Shown here one piece after another: positions 37,899 to 47,085 of a stretch of 64,000 nucleotides of DNA (the stretch's first letter is position 1; every line of letters begins with the position of its first letter). The DNA comes from an uncultured delta proteobacterium. Lineage in GTDB: Bacteria; Desulfobacterota; BSN033; UBA1163. The notes below the pieces were generated by a model. The model saw only the letters and a program-made list of their open reading frames with translations, did not search any database and was not told the origin of the DNA. The stretch is from assembly GCA_963820625.1 (NCBI GenBank), contig CAWGAV010000020.1, forward strand, positions 138-64,137, given 5' to 3'. Made by a program: the position numbers and the translations under genes.

Positions 37899-38080
37899 TC
37901 AGAAGCACCAAATTCCAAATGTCAAATGACAAACAAATTCCAATGGTCAATATCCAAAATTCCAAACAGAATGGTTTCGGAAATGGGCATCGGGTAGGGG
38001 AGACTTTAACATCCCTTTTAGGCGCTGTGCGCTTTGCGCTGTGCACCATGCCCCATGTAATGGATTGGTCGGGGTGAGAG

Positions 38081-39097
38081 ATGAAAATTTTGGTGACAGG
38101 TGGTTGCGGGTTCATCGGAAGTAACTTCATCCGTTATTTTTTAAAATCCTACCCGGATTATTCTCTGATCAACGTCGATAAATTGACCTACGCCGGAAAT
38201 TTAGAAAACCTTTCCGATCTCTCTCATTCCCCCCGTTACCATTTCATCAGAGGGGACATTGCCGATGCCCCTCGAATGGAAGAATTGATCAGCAAAGGCG
38301 TGGAGGCCATCGTTAACTTCGCCGCTGAATCCCATGTGGACCGGTCCATCGAAGATCCCAGTGCCTTTATGAAAACCAATGTCTTTGGAACCTCCGTCCT
38401 TCTCGAAGCGGTTCGGAAAGTTTTCCCCAAACAGCAGATCCGTTTCCTTCATATCTCCACCGACGAGGTCTACGGCTCCCTGGGCAACACCGGAGCTTTC
38501 ACTGAGGAAACTCCCCTGGCGCCCAATAGCCCTTATTCCGCAAGTAAAACGGCGGCGGATATGTTGGTCAGGGCTTATCATCATACTTATAGGATTCCCG
38601 CCCTCATCACCCGATGTTCCAATAATTATGGGCCTTATCAATTTCCCGAAAAACTGGTTCCATTGATGATTTCGAATGCCATCGAAGATAAGGAGTTACC
38701 CATTTATGGCGATGGGATGCATGTTCGGGATTGGATTTATGTCAAAGATCACTGTCGGGCGTTAGATGTGGTGTTGCACCGAGGCAAAGAAGGGGAGATT
38801 TACAATATAGGGGGGAGGAGTGAGAAGCCAAACTTGACGGTGGCAAAAACTATTTTGGATCGGCTGGGAAAATCCCATTCGCTGATCCGGTTTGTCACCG
38901 ATCGGCCAGGCCATGATCGTCGTTATGCCATTGACTTCTCTAAGATTGAGAGAGAGTTGGGATGGAAACCTTCTGTCTCCTTTGAAGAGGGGATCGGCCT
39001 GACCGTGGAATGGTACCAGACCCATCGGGAATGGTGGAAAAAGATCAAGACGGGGGAGTATTTGGACTATTACAACCGGATGTATAAAGATCGTTAA
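38081..39097 (+). CDS. rfbB: dTDP-glucose 4,6-dehydratase
   Basis: MKILVTGGCGFIGSNF, YSASKTAADML (YxxxK), and DRPGHDRRYAID. Confidence 0.9.
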   Translation: MKILVTGGCGFIGSNFIRYFLKSYPDYSLINVDKLTYAGNLENLSDLSHSPRYHFIRGDIADAPRMEELISKGVEAIVNFAAESHVDRSIEDPSAFMKTNVFGTSVLLEAVRKVFPKQQIRFLHISTDEVYGSLGNTGAFTEETPLAPNSPYSASKTAADMLVRAYHHTYRIPALITRCSNNYGPYQFPEKLVPLMISNAIEDKELPIYGDGMHVRDWIYVKDHCRALDVVLHRGKEGEIYNIGGRSEKPNLTVAKTILDRLGKSHSLIRFVTDRPGHDRRYAIDFSKIERELGWKPSVSFEEGIGLTVEWYQTHREWWKKIKTGEYLDYYNRMYKDR

Positions 39098-39183
39098 AAC
39101 GGAATTGAGAATTGAGGAATTTAGGAATTGAGGAATTAAATTCCTAAATCCCTAAATCCCTAAATTTCTGAATTCCTCAATTG
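39098..39183. repeat. long imperfect hairpin made of GAGGAAT(T) / (A)ATTCCT-type tandem units
   Basis: ggaattgagaattgaggaatttaggaattgaggaatt-aa-attcctaaatccctaaatccctaaatttctgaattcctcaattg. Confidence 0.75.
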
Positions 39184-39195
39184 AAGATAGATGAG

Positions 39196-40087
39196 ATGAA
39201 ACGAATATTATTGGTGATTGGAGCAAAGGGAATGCTGGGAAGAGATCTGATGGGTGTTCTCCATGCCTCTCTTCCCAATGACGAAATCATCGGATGGGAT
39301 ATTGAAGAAATCGATATTCAAAAAGAAGAGGATACCGTCTTTAAAATTGAAAAACTCCGACCAGATATCGTGGTCCATATTGCTGCCTATACGGATGTAG
39401 ATGGGTGTGAATTGGATGAAGAGAAGGCCTTTGCCGTCAATGCAGAGGGAACAAGGCATGTGGCCCTGGCCGCCTCGAGATGCCGGGCAAAAATGGTTTA
39501 TCTGAGCACCGACTATGTCTTTAATGGAAATAAAAGAGAACCCTATTTGGAGAGTGATTCCCCCCATCCCCTGAATGTCTATGGTCGTTCCAAATTGAAG
39601 GGGGAGCAATATGTTCAAGAATGGGTGAAAGATGCCCTGATCATTCGGACCCAATGGCTCTATGGAAGATATGGAAAAAATTTTGTGACCTCGATTCTCC
39701 AACAGGCGAGAGAGAAGAAGAGTTCTTTCCATTGTCAACGATCAGATTGGCTCACCCACTTACACTGCCGATTTGGCTAAAGCCATTTCCGTTCTGATTC
39801 AATTTGACGCCCAGGGGATTTTTCATGTGGCGAACAGTGATCTCTGTACGTGGTATACCTTTGGCCAAGCGATCTTGAAGCTTTCAGGGATGGATAAGGT
39901 GAGGGTGATTCCCATTTCTTCGAAGGAGCTCGGTCGTCCAGCGGTCCGACCTTCTTATTCTGTTCTCAACTGTCAGAAGTTGAAAAAGGAGACCGGTTTG
40001 GCTTTGCGACCATGGTCCGAGGCTCTGAAGGATTACCTTGCTACCTATCGCCTGACAATCGGCAGACCAGGCAGTCAAGGGAGATAA
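39196..40087 (+). pseudogene. rfbD: dTDP-4-dehydrorhamnose reductase interrupted by one frameshift (about 39720)
   Basis: N-terminal part: ILLVIGAKGMLGRDL...YLSTDYVFNG...YGRSKLKGE. After the shift: LSIVNDQIGSPTYTADLAKAI...RPSYSVLNCQKL. Span length mod 3 = 1. May be a sequencing artefact. Confidence 0.8.
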
Positions 40088-40108
40088 GAGGGGAGGAGGG
40101 AGTTGGCG

Positions 40109-41408
40109 ATGAATATCTGTATCGTCGGCACAGGTTATGTGGGATTGGTGACAGGAGCCTGTTTGGCAGAATTTGGGATGAATCTGATTTGCGTGGATAA
40201 CGATCGTCCCAAAGATCGAGCTTCTCCAACAGGGGAAAGTGACCATCCATGAACCAGGGCTTGAAGACCTCGTGGTGAAGAATATGAAGGAGGGAAGGCT
40301 TTCCTTTTCGACGAGCATCGAGGAGGGGGTGACATCGAGTTTGGTGATTTTCATTGCTGTGGGAACGCCTTCTAATGACGATGGTTCTGCCGACCTTAAA
40401 TTTGTGGAAGAAGTGGCCAAAGAGATCGCCCGATACATGGATGGCTATAAGGTGGTGGTGGTGAAATCCACGGTTCCGGTTGGGACCTGTCGTCGGCTGA
40501 AACAACTGATCAAAGACCATCAAGTCCGTCCCACTCCTTTCGATATCGTTTCCAATCCTGAATTTCAGAGGGAGGGATCCGCGATTGAAGATTTCATGCG
40601 GCCGGATCGGGTCACCATCGGTGCAGAAAGCGAACAGGCCATTGCCATCATGAAAGACATTTACAGCGCCCTCTACCTCATTGAGACTCCTTTTGTCATC
40701 ACCTCTTTAGAAACGGCCGAGATGATCAAATATGCAGCGAATGCCTTTTTAGCGACGAAAGTGAGCTTTATCAATGAGGTTGCCAACCTCTGTGAGGTGA
40801 CGGGCGCCGATGTCCATCATGTCGCCAGGGCCATGGGACTGGATGGAAGGATTGGGAAGAAATTTCTCCACCCGGGCCCAGGTTATGGAGGCTCCTGTTT
40901 CCCAAAGGACACCCGGGCCCTTTCGAGGATGGCCCACGAGAGAGGGTATTCGTTCAGAATTCTCGACGCGGTCATCAACGTGAACGACGAACAAAAAAAG
41001 AGGATGATCAGTAAGATCATAGAGAAGGTAGGGGATCTTCGAGGCAAGACCATTGGGATTCTGGGCCTTTCCTTCAAGCCCAATACGAACGACATCCGGG
41101 AATCCTCTTCGATCGTGATCATCCAGGGACTTCTGGACAGGGGGGCCAAAGTAAAGGCCTTTGATCCAGCGGCCATGGAGGAAGCCAAAGCGGTTCTTCC
41201 TGAAATAGAGTATGGGAGGGACGCCTACGATGTGGCGAAGGGAGTGGATGCCTTGGTCCTGGTAACAGAGTGGAATCAATTCCGGCGTTTGGATCTTCAA
41301 CGCATCAAAGGGCTGCTAAAAAACCCAGTCTTCATTGATCTGAGAAATGCCTATGATCCGGATCAGATGAGGCGGTTGGGATTTCATTACAGCGGCGTTG
41401 GAAGGTGA
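40109..41408 (+). pseudogene. ugd: UDP-glucose 6-dehydrogenase interrupted by one frameshift at a CCC run (about 40195-40200)
   Basis: [33 protein letters not shown], then a frame change to [21 protein letters not shown]...GGSCFPKD. Span length mod 3 = 1. Confidence 0.85.
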
Positions 41409-41411
41409 GGG

Positions 41412-42191
41412 TTGGTATTGGCTCGTTCCGAAAAGGACTGGATTTTTGTCTCCGATGCCCATTTCACCGGACGAGACCTTGAATCCATGGGGGCGTTTCT
41501 CAGATTCTTAGATTCAGAGAAAAAGCAGATGGGCCATTTGGTGATTCTGGGCGACCTTTTCGAATTCTTCTTCGGTTTTAAAAATTTTTTCTCAACCGAG
41601 AAGCCTTCTGCCTTTACCGATTACCTTCCCGTGTTCAATAAGATTCAAAGTCTGTATCACGAAGGAATCCGAATTAAATATTTCGAGGGGAATCACGATT
41701 TTTTTCTCCATTCTTTCTTTTCGGACCAATTTGGGATGGAGGTGGACGTGTATCCCAATGGGTATGAAGAAAGGTTGGAAGGAAAAAGAGCTTACATTGC
41801 CCATGGAGATTTATCGAATCCAAAACAGTGGACTTATCGGACCTTCCGAAGGCTTCTCAAAAACGCTGGACTTATCGTCTCATCCATCTTGCAGGTCCCA
41901 GGATCTCTCGATCGAGTTGCCCAAAAGTTAAGTGACATGAGTTATCAAAAATATCATAACGATGATCAATCCACTCCCCCTCCAGCCTTCAAGGCCTTTG
42001 CCCATCAGAAGTTTTTAGAAGGGTTTGACATCGTCATCCTCGGCCACTCTCATTTTCCCGAGGAGGTTGAAGAGGGGATTGATGGAAGGAGATGCCTTTA
42101 TTACAATGTTGGGGATTGGATGGTTCACCGCTCCTTTTTACGTTTCAGCCCACCGGATAGGTTTGAGTTAGATAGATTTTTGGAAAGATAA
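41412..42191 (+). CDS. LpxH-like UDP-2,3-diacylglucosamine pyrophosphatase (calcineurin-like metallophosphoesterase)
   Basis: FVSDAHF...VILGDLFEFFFG...FEGNHDFF...AHGD...LGHSH. Confidence 0.7.
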   Translation: MVLARSEKDWIFVSDAHFTGRDLESMGAFLRFLDSEKKQMGHLVILGDLFEFFFGFKNFFSTEKPSAFTDYLPVFNKIQSLYHEGIRIKYFEGNHDFFLHSFFSDQFGMEVDVYPNGYEERLEGKRAYIAHGDLSNPKQWTYRTFRRLLKNAGLIVSSILQVPGSLDRVAQKLSDMSYQKYHNDDQSTPPPAFKAFAHQKFLEGFDIVILGHSHFPEEVEEGIDGRRCLYYNVGDWMVHRSFLRFSPPDRFELDRFLER

Positions 42192-42220
42192 GGAGGTGGG
42201 GAGATAGGGTGAATAAATTA

Positions 42221-42265
42221 ATTTCGGAATTCGAATTGCGGAATGCGGAATTAAATTCGAAAATC
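42221..42265. repeat. tandem-oligomer element (GCGGAAT / CGGAATT units)
   Basis: atttcggaattcgaattgcggaatgcggaattaaattcgaaaatc. Related units at 17980-18012 and 43079-43110. Confidence 0.6.
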
Positions 42266-42283
42266 AGGACTTTTTAAAGTGGC

Positions 42284-42892
42284 TTGAATATGGCAAATAG
42301 AGCAGTATTTCTCGATCGGGACGGAACCATCAATGAAGAAGTGGGATACGTGAACCATCTCGAACGGTTTAATCTCCTTCCCCGAGTGAGTCAGGCGATT
42401 CGATTGTTAAATCAACATGAATGGAAGGCCGTAGTGATTACCAATCAATCCGGTGTGGCGAGGGGGTATTTCCCGGAATCCTTGATTCATCAGGTTCACC
42501 AAAAGATGCAGGACCTCCTAAAGAGGGAAGGAGCCCATCTCGATGGAATTTATTACTGTCCTCATCATCCTGATGTCGGGGTTCCTCCTTATCGGCAGAA
42601 GTGCCGATGCCGAAAGCCGTCAACGGGATTGATCGAAGAGGCAGTGAAGGAGTTGGATCTTGACACTTCCCAGAGTTACATGGTCGGGGATCGGGGGGTG
42701 GATATCGAATTTGCCCATCAAATTGGAGCCAAAGCGATCTTGGTCCTCACCGGATATGGAAGGGGAGAATGGGAATATTCCAGGGACCAGTGGAAGGTCA
42801 AGCCCGAACACGTGGCTGAAGATCTCTTTGAGGCAGTTCAGTGGATCCTTCATCAGGAACCGAATCGGCCGAATTTAGGAAAAGGAGAATGA
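42284..42892 (+). CDS. gmhB: D-glycero-D-manno-heptose 1,7-bisphosphate phosphatase
   Basis: [22 protein letters not shown], the Zn-binding CPHHP...CRCRKP, and [10 protein letters not shown]. Confidence 0.85.
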   Translation: MNMANRAVFLDRDGTINEEVGYVNHLERFNLLPRVSQAIRLLNQHEWKAVVITNQSGVARGYFPESLIHQVHQKMQDLLKREGAHLDGIYYCPHHPDVGVPPYRQKCRCRKPSTGLIEEAVKELDLDTSQSYMVGDRGVDIEFAHQIGAKAILVLTGYGRGEWEYSRDQWKVKPEHVAEDLFEAVQWILHQEPNRPNLGKGE

Positions 42893-43077
42893 AGATGCCC
42901 ATCAGCAAAGAACTCTTAGAAATTTTAGCTTGCCCAAAATGTAAAGGAGATATTTTCTTGAATCGAACAGGAGATGGCTTGATCTGCAAAGCCTGTCGCC
43001 TGATCTATCCCATTAAAGATGATATCCCGGTGATGTTGATTGACGAAGCCCTCCCGTACAAGGGAGAAGAGGAATAG
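42889..43077 (+). CDS. Trm112/YcaR (UPF0434) family small protein
   Basis: [14 protein letters not shown]...[23 protein letters not shown] 42889 overlaps the gmhB stop (ATGA) and follows AAAGGAG. Confidence 0.8.
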   Translation: MKMPISKELLEILACPKCKGDIFLNRTGDGLICKACRLIYPIKDDIPVMLIDEALPYKGEEE

Positions 43078-43130
43078 ATAATTTCGGATTTCGGAATGTG
43101 GATTGCGGAGTTAGAGCTTCAATCTAAAAT

Positions 43131-44054
43131 TTGAAATCTGAAATCCAAAATCTAAAAATGATCGCTTATATCATATACTTACTTCTAAGAGTGTTCAGCT
43201 TCTTCATTAATCTTCTCCCCGAGGGTTTCGCCCTCTGGTTGGGAAGGCAATTGGGGAGAATGGTTTTTTATCTGGATCGAGGGCATCGGAAGGTTGCCCT
43301 TGAGAATCTCCACACCGCTTTTGGTGAGGAGAAGCCTGAAAGAGAGATCTATGCGATTGCTCAGAGGACCTTTCAAAACCTGGGGATGATGGTCATCGAG
43401 TTCTTCCGGATTCCCGGATTGGATAGGGAGGATTTTAAGGAAAAAGTGAGTGTGGAGGGACTGGATGAGGCGCTGAGGCTTCTTGAGAAGAAGAAAGGAG
43501 CCCTTCTCCTCATCGGTCATTTCGGGAATTGGGAATTGATGGGTTTGATGTCAAAGGTGATCGGAAATCCAATCATGGTGATTGCCAAACCCATGAAAAA
43601 GAATAAATGGGTGGATCATTTTATCACAAAGATTAGAAGGGCGGCAGGTCTGGAAGTCATTTCCAATGTCAATGCGAGCCGGAAAGTGATGAAGGCGCTT
43701 TCTCAAAATCGGGTGGTTGGAATCTTGATTGATCAGAGGGCGAAACGAAGCGAAGGGATCTGGGCTGACTTTTTCGGGAGAAAAGCACCCACTACCCCTG
43801 GTTTAGCCGTCCTGGCGATGAAGACGGGTGCTCCTGTTTTACCGGTTTTTATGGTTCGGAATGGATTTCAAAAACATCGTCTCCTGATCCAGGAACCGCT
43901 TGAATTGATCCATACCGGTAATATCAAGAAGGATGTGGAAGCCAATACCCAACTCTTCAACCAGACCCTTGAGTCAATGATCCGCCAGTACCCTGATCAA
44001 TGGTTCTGGGTGCATCAGAGATGGGAGAGAAAGAAGAAGGTTCATCATAGGTGA
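43131..44054 (+). CDS. lipid A biosynthesis (LpxL/HtrB-type) lysophospholipid acyltransferase
   Basis: HFGNWELMG catalytic HX4E-like motif, N-terminal TM, and PDQWFWVHQRW tail. Start possibly at Met 43158. Confidence 0.75.
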   Translation: MKSEIQNLKMIAYIIYLLLRVFSFFINLLPEGFALWLGRQLGRMVFYLDRGHRKVALENLHTAFGEEKPEREIYAIAQRTFQNLGMMVIEFFRIPGLDREDFKEKVSVEGLDEALRLLEKKKGALLLIGHFGNWELMGLMSKVIGNPIMVIAKPMKKNKWVDHFITKIRRAAGLEVISNVNASRKVMKALSQNRVVGILIDQRAKRSEGIWADFFGRKAPTTPGLAVLAMKTGAPVLPVFMVRNGFQKHRLLIQEPLELIHTGNIKKDVEANTQLFNQTLESMIRQYPDQWFWVHQRWERKKKVHHR

Positions 44055-44335
44055 AAAACCTTCCCCAGAAAAGAGAAGAGAGTTCTCCAACAAAAAAGCC
44101 GAAGAGTGAGAAGCACACTTACCTTCGTGTTGGGGATAAGGTGTTCCATAAGAAGTTTAAATCCTGGGGAGGTGGGATTGTGATCGAGACATGGTCCTCT
44201 GATTTGCCTGGTGGAATGTGTTTTGTTCGAATCCTCTTCCAGGATGGAAAACAAAGGGTCTTCGATAATAATTTTGATAGCGCCTGCTGCTGTTATTATA
44301 CTGGAATCACCCTCCTCAGCCGCATTGAATTGTGA
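44051..44335 (+). CDS. hypothetical protein (DUF3553-like?)
   Basis: VGDKVFHKKFKSWGGGIVIE resembles the DUF3553 core. Weak call. Confidence 0.35.
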   Translation: MKNLPQKREESSPTKKPKSEKHTYLRVGDKVFHKKFKSWGGGIVIETWSSDLPGGMCFVRILFQDGKQRVFDNNFDSACCCYYTGITLLSRIEL

Positions 44336-44383
44336 AGTTCCTTTTTAAAAGTCCCCATGGTGACTTTCACTATCAGCTGGTCT

Positions 44384-44723
44384 TCACTCCTTCCCTTCAC
44401 TTAAATACTTTCCCAGAAGTTCCCTGGTGTGTTCATCATCGTGACAGTAAACACATAGATTTTCCCAGTTTGATCCATCCGGGGGATTATTCAGGTGATT
44501 TCCATCTTTGTGGTGGACCGTCAGGAGATGCCTTGTTTTTTCATCAAACTCTCTTCCGCATTTGGCACAGATGAGGCCGTGTATCTTGAGTGAACGTTCC
44601 CGATAATCACTTCCCTTGGGACCGGGTTTTTGTAATTTCTTAAGAGTCTCTTCAATGGATTGAGTGGTTTCCTGTCTTTTGAGGTTGTCGTTTGCGATGA
44701 ATTCGATAAGGTCTATCTTTCAT
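44384..44723 (-). pseudogene. YajD-like HNH endonuclease with a frameshift directly after the start codon
   Basis: Not in the ORF track. GAGGTG lies 7 nt upstream of ATG (44723). The HNH frame gives ...ERSLKIHGLICAKCGREFDEKTRHLLTVHHKDGNHLNNPPDGSNWENLCVYCHDDEH. Removing one A from ATGAAAG would give MKIDLIEF... in frame. Length mod 3 = 1. Confidence 0.7.
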
Positions 44724-44744
44724 GAAAGACACCTCGTAAATAAC

Positions 44745-44862
44745 TCTTGGTACTTCGACGGCGCCAAACCACGTCCTTTAGGACGGAGTCAAAAACGCCG
44801 CTCAGTATCAACCCTGAGCAACCCCCGGGCCTTAGACCGGGGAAAGTCGAAGGGTTAATCTT
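44745..44862 (+). repeat. about 120-nt structured intergenic element, copy B
   Basis: Shares 5' and 3' blocks with 10761-10882. Internal hairpins include GTCC-TTTA-GGAC, CTCAG...CTGAG and CCCCGG...CCGGGG. CTTCGAC/GTCGAAG could form a closing helix. Confidence 0.35.
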
Positions 44863-44946
44863 ATTTTGTCACGCTATGCCTGCCCGCCGAACAGGTTCTC
44901 TGGCAGGCGGGCGCCATGTTCTATGCCCTATGCAATTTTATAACTA

Positions 44947-45282
44947 TTAAGGAGAAAGGAGAACCTGGTCTCCGAAACGTTCTAATAAGGCAGTTGAAAG
45001 TGCCTCAACAGCCTTTTGGTCGGTAAACTCCACCATGAGTTCTCCTCCTTCGCCTACGATTAACCGACCATGTTTTTTGACCACCTCAGCCACATCCTTC
45101 GGTTCTACGGTCCACCAGCCACGTGTGCGCAGAAGTAGTTCCTCACCCTTCAGCTCTTGAGGAGTCACCAAATCTATACTACGAAACCATGCCTCCCATC
45201 CGATTTGTGCCGGGGCACGAAGCACAGGGCTTACAGGGTCATGATAGATACGGCAGCGGCCAAACAAACGAAGGCGAATCAT
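44947..45282 (-). CDS. hypothetical protein
   Basis: 111-aa ORF, translationally coupled (ATGA overlap) with 45279..45659. Confidence 0.45.
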   Translation of the reverse strand: MIRLRLFGRCRIYHDPVSPVLRAPAQIGWEAWFRSIDLVTPQELKGEELLLRTRGWWTVEPKDVAEVVKKHGRLIVGEGGELMVEFTDQKAVEALSTALLERFGDQVLLSP

Positions 45283-45659
45283 GGTAGTTTCTCCTGTAGA
45301 AAACGGATGATCTTCTCGTCCCTTGGCAGCAACTCCTTGGGAACTTCAACCCCAACTAAACTCAAAGCCCTTGCCAGACAGTGGATATAGAGGGGAGCGG
45401 CATCTTTCTCATTCATAATCATTCCTTTTCTGACGGCCAGAGGCCAGGCCCGCTCGAAAAGTTCCAGGGCTTGCTTACGGGCACGTCGGAGTCTCTGGTC
45501 GAAAAGGGAGATATTCAGACGCCTCAATAATTCCTGCTGGGCCTCCTCCATAAATGAAAAGACCCGCCGCATACTCTGAACCGAGGGGTCATGGCCCCAT
45601 TCATCCTCAAAAGACATCTTCTTTTTGTTCTGATCGTTTTTATTCATTGACGATGTCAA
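45279..45659 (-). CDS. hypothetical protein
   Basis: 126-aa ORF downstream of the cyclophilin gene on the same strand. Confidence 0.45.
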   Translation of the reverse strand: MTSSMNKNDQNKKKMSFEDEWGHDPSVQSMRRVFSFMEEAQQELLRRLNISLFDQRLRRARKQALELFERAWPLAVRKGMIMNEKDAAPLYIHCLARALSLVGVEVPKELLPRDEKIIRFLQEKLP

Positions 45660-46282
45660 CCGTCATTTCAATTCTATCATTTGGATTATCGTTACCATCT
45701 CTGGGTTGCGATACAATTTTATCCACTGCCTCCATTCCCTTCACCACCTCACCAAACACTGTATATTTTCCATCAAGAAAAGGAGCATCCGCCACACAGA
45801 TAAAAAACTGGGAGCCAGCGCTGTCTGGATGGGCAGACCTTGCCATGGAGAGCGTCCCTCGCCGATGGGGTTTATTGTTAAATTCGGCTTTGATTTGATA
45901 GCCTGGACCTCCCATCCCATGGCTTGATCGGTCAGGATTTTTTGAGTTGGGATCCCCTCCTTGAATGACAAACTTGGGCGACTACTCTGTGAAAAGTCGT
46001 TCCATTGTAAAAACCTTTTTTTGCAAGTTCGATGAAGTTATTCACATGATTGGGTGCCACTTCAGGGAAGAACTTTAAAGTAATATCTCCTAATGTTGTG
46101 TGGATGATCGCTTGTTGTTCGGACATCTTCTTGCCCTCCTCAGACGTGAATATTTTGTATCGCACTTCTTGTGAAAAAGATTGAGACGTGAATAGAGTTA
46201 GGAAAAATACAAAAAATATCAGGATCAGCCAGATTCTTTTTATTTCATCGCCTCTCTGTTTTCTTACTGATTTAAATTCCAA
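45640..46282 (-). pseudogene. cyclophilin-type peptidyl-prolyl isomerase (secreted) interrupted by one frameshift (about 45975)
   Basis: N-terminal part ...LGDITLKFFPEVAPNHVNNFIELAKKGFYNGTTFHRVV. The shifted frame gives PKFVIQGGDPNSKNPDRSSHGMGGPGYQIKAEFN...SMARSAHPDSAGSQFFI. Length mod 3 = 1. Confidence 0.85.
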
Positions 46283-46309
46283 TCGTAAGGTTGGTATCGG
46301 ACTCGAATT

Positions 46310-47085
46310 TTATCTCTGTTCTGTTGTGAGAAAGGTCTTCTTCTCTCCTTCGTCAAGGAAGTTAAGAAGGAGTTCAATCAAAGCGCTGTCACTTCCCCCA
46401 AAATCAGTTTTATACCATTTAAAGATTTTTGAAATGAAGACAATTCCTTCCTGTGGAAGAATCTTTACTTGAGGGCTGTTGACGAAACTCTCGGCAGCGA
46501 GTTGGAGCTGAAAATCAATCTGATCGGCTTCGTAAAAGCCAATAGGCGGGCACGATCGGGCACCGCAGACCAGTGAGAAATGGATTCGTGAATCAAGAGG
46601 AGGATGGCAAACTCCATTCGTGGGTCTTTTTTTCGGAATGGTTTCAGAAGTCCATAAGGGTGTCTACGATTCCCCCGAAGGATACCGTGTTCCATATCAT
46701 TGAGGGAAAAACGAAAGCCCCCAATCTCATACATCACACGATCGAAAAATCCAGAAACCTCCTTGACAGACTTATCGAGACCCAGTTCGATCACACCGTG
46801 AATCACAGCCGTATTATAAATATTAATCCAGAATGCGAGCCTTCGATTCCGTTCCTGAAGGGAACGTAGATCGAACGACTGCAGCCCTTTTGTAAGATCT
46901 TTGTATCGTTCGAACTCCTCAGAGCCACGGATAGCCCTATAATGGACCACGCCTTTCTCGGCGTCGATGAACCGTGCTTTCAGATCAGCCATCGCAAGAG
47001 TTAAGGCGATATCGATGGACTGGTCCAATGAGATTTTAGATGGATCCCCTGCGTTGAGGAGAATCGGTGAGGGATAAATGCTCAC
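46310..47085 (-). pseudogene. DUF547-family protein interrupted by one frameshift (about 46600)
   Basis: Tracked ORF 46465..47085 has LAFWINIYNTAVIHGVIELG. A second frame continues ...DSRIHFSLVCGARSCPPIGFY...FISKIFKWYKTDFGG to TAA 46310. GTG start 47085 overlaps the rhodanese stop (GTGA). Confidence 0.75.

Noticed and set aside
37185-39183. Possible CRISPR arrays among the many short tandem repeats (also 12251-12378, 30621-30685, 42221-42265)
   Set aside because: The repeat units are only 6-8 nt and directly abutting with no spacers. The arms are inverted relative to each other, and no cas genes are in the window.
40109-40250. In-frame TGA ending the first ugd fragment, considered as a fourth selenocysteine codon
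   Set aside because: The downstream UGDH sequence is in a different frame (shift at a CCC run), and the TGA does not align with any Cys. It is a frameshift consequence, not a Sec codon.
44332-44574. 80-aa + strand ORF
   Set aside because: It is the antisense shadow of the YajD-like HNH gene, whose HNH/Zn-finger motifs are unambiguous on the minus strand.
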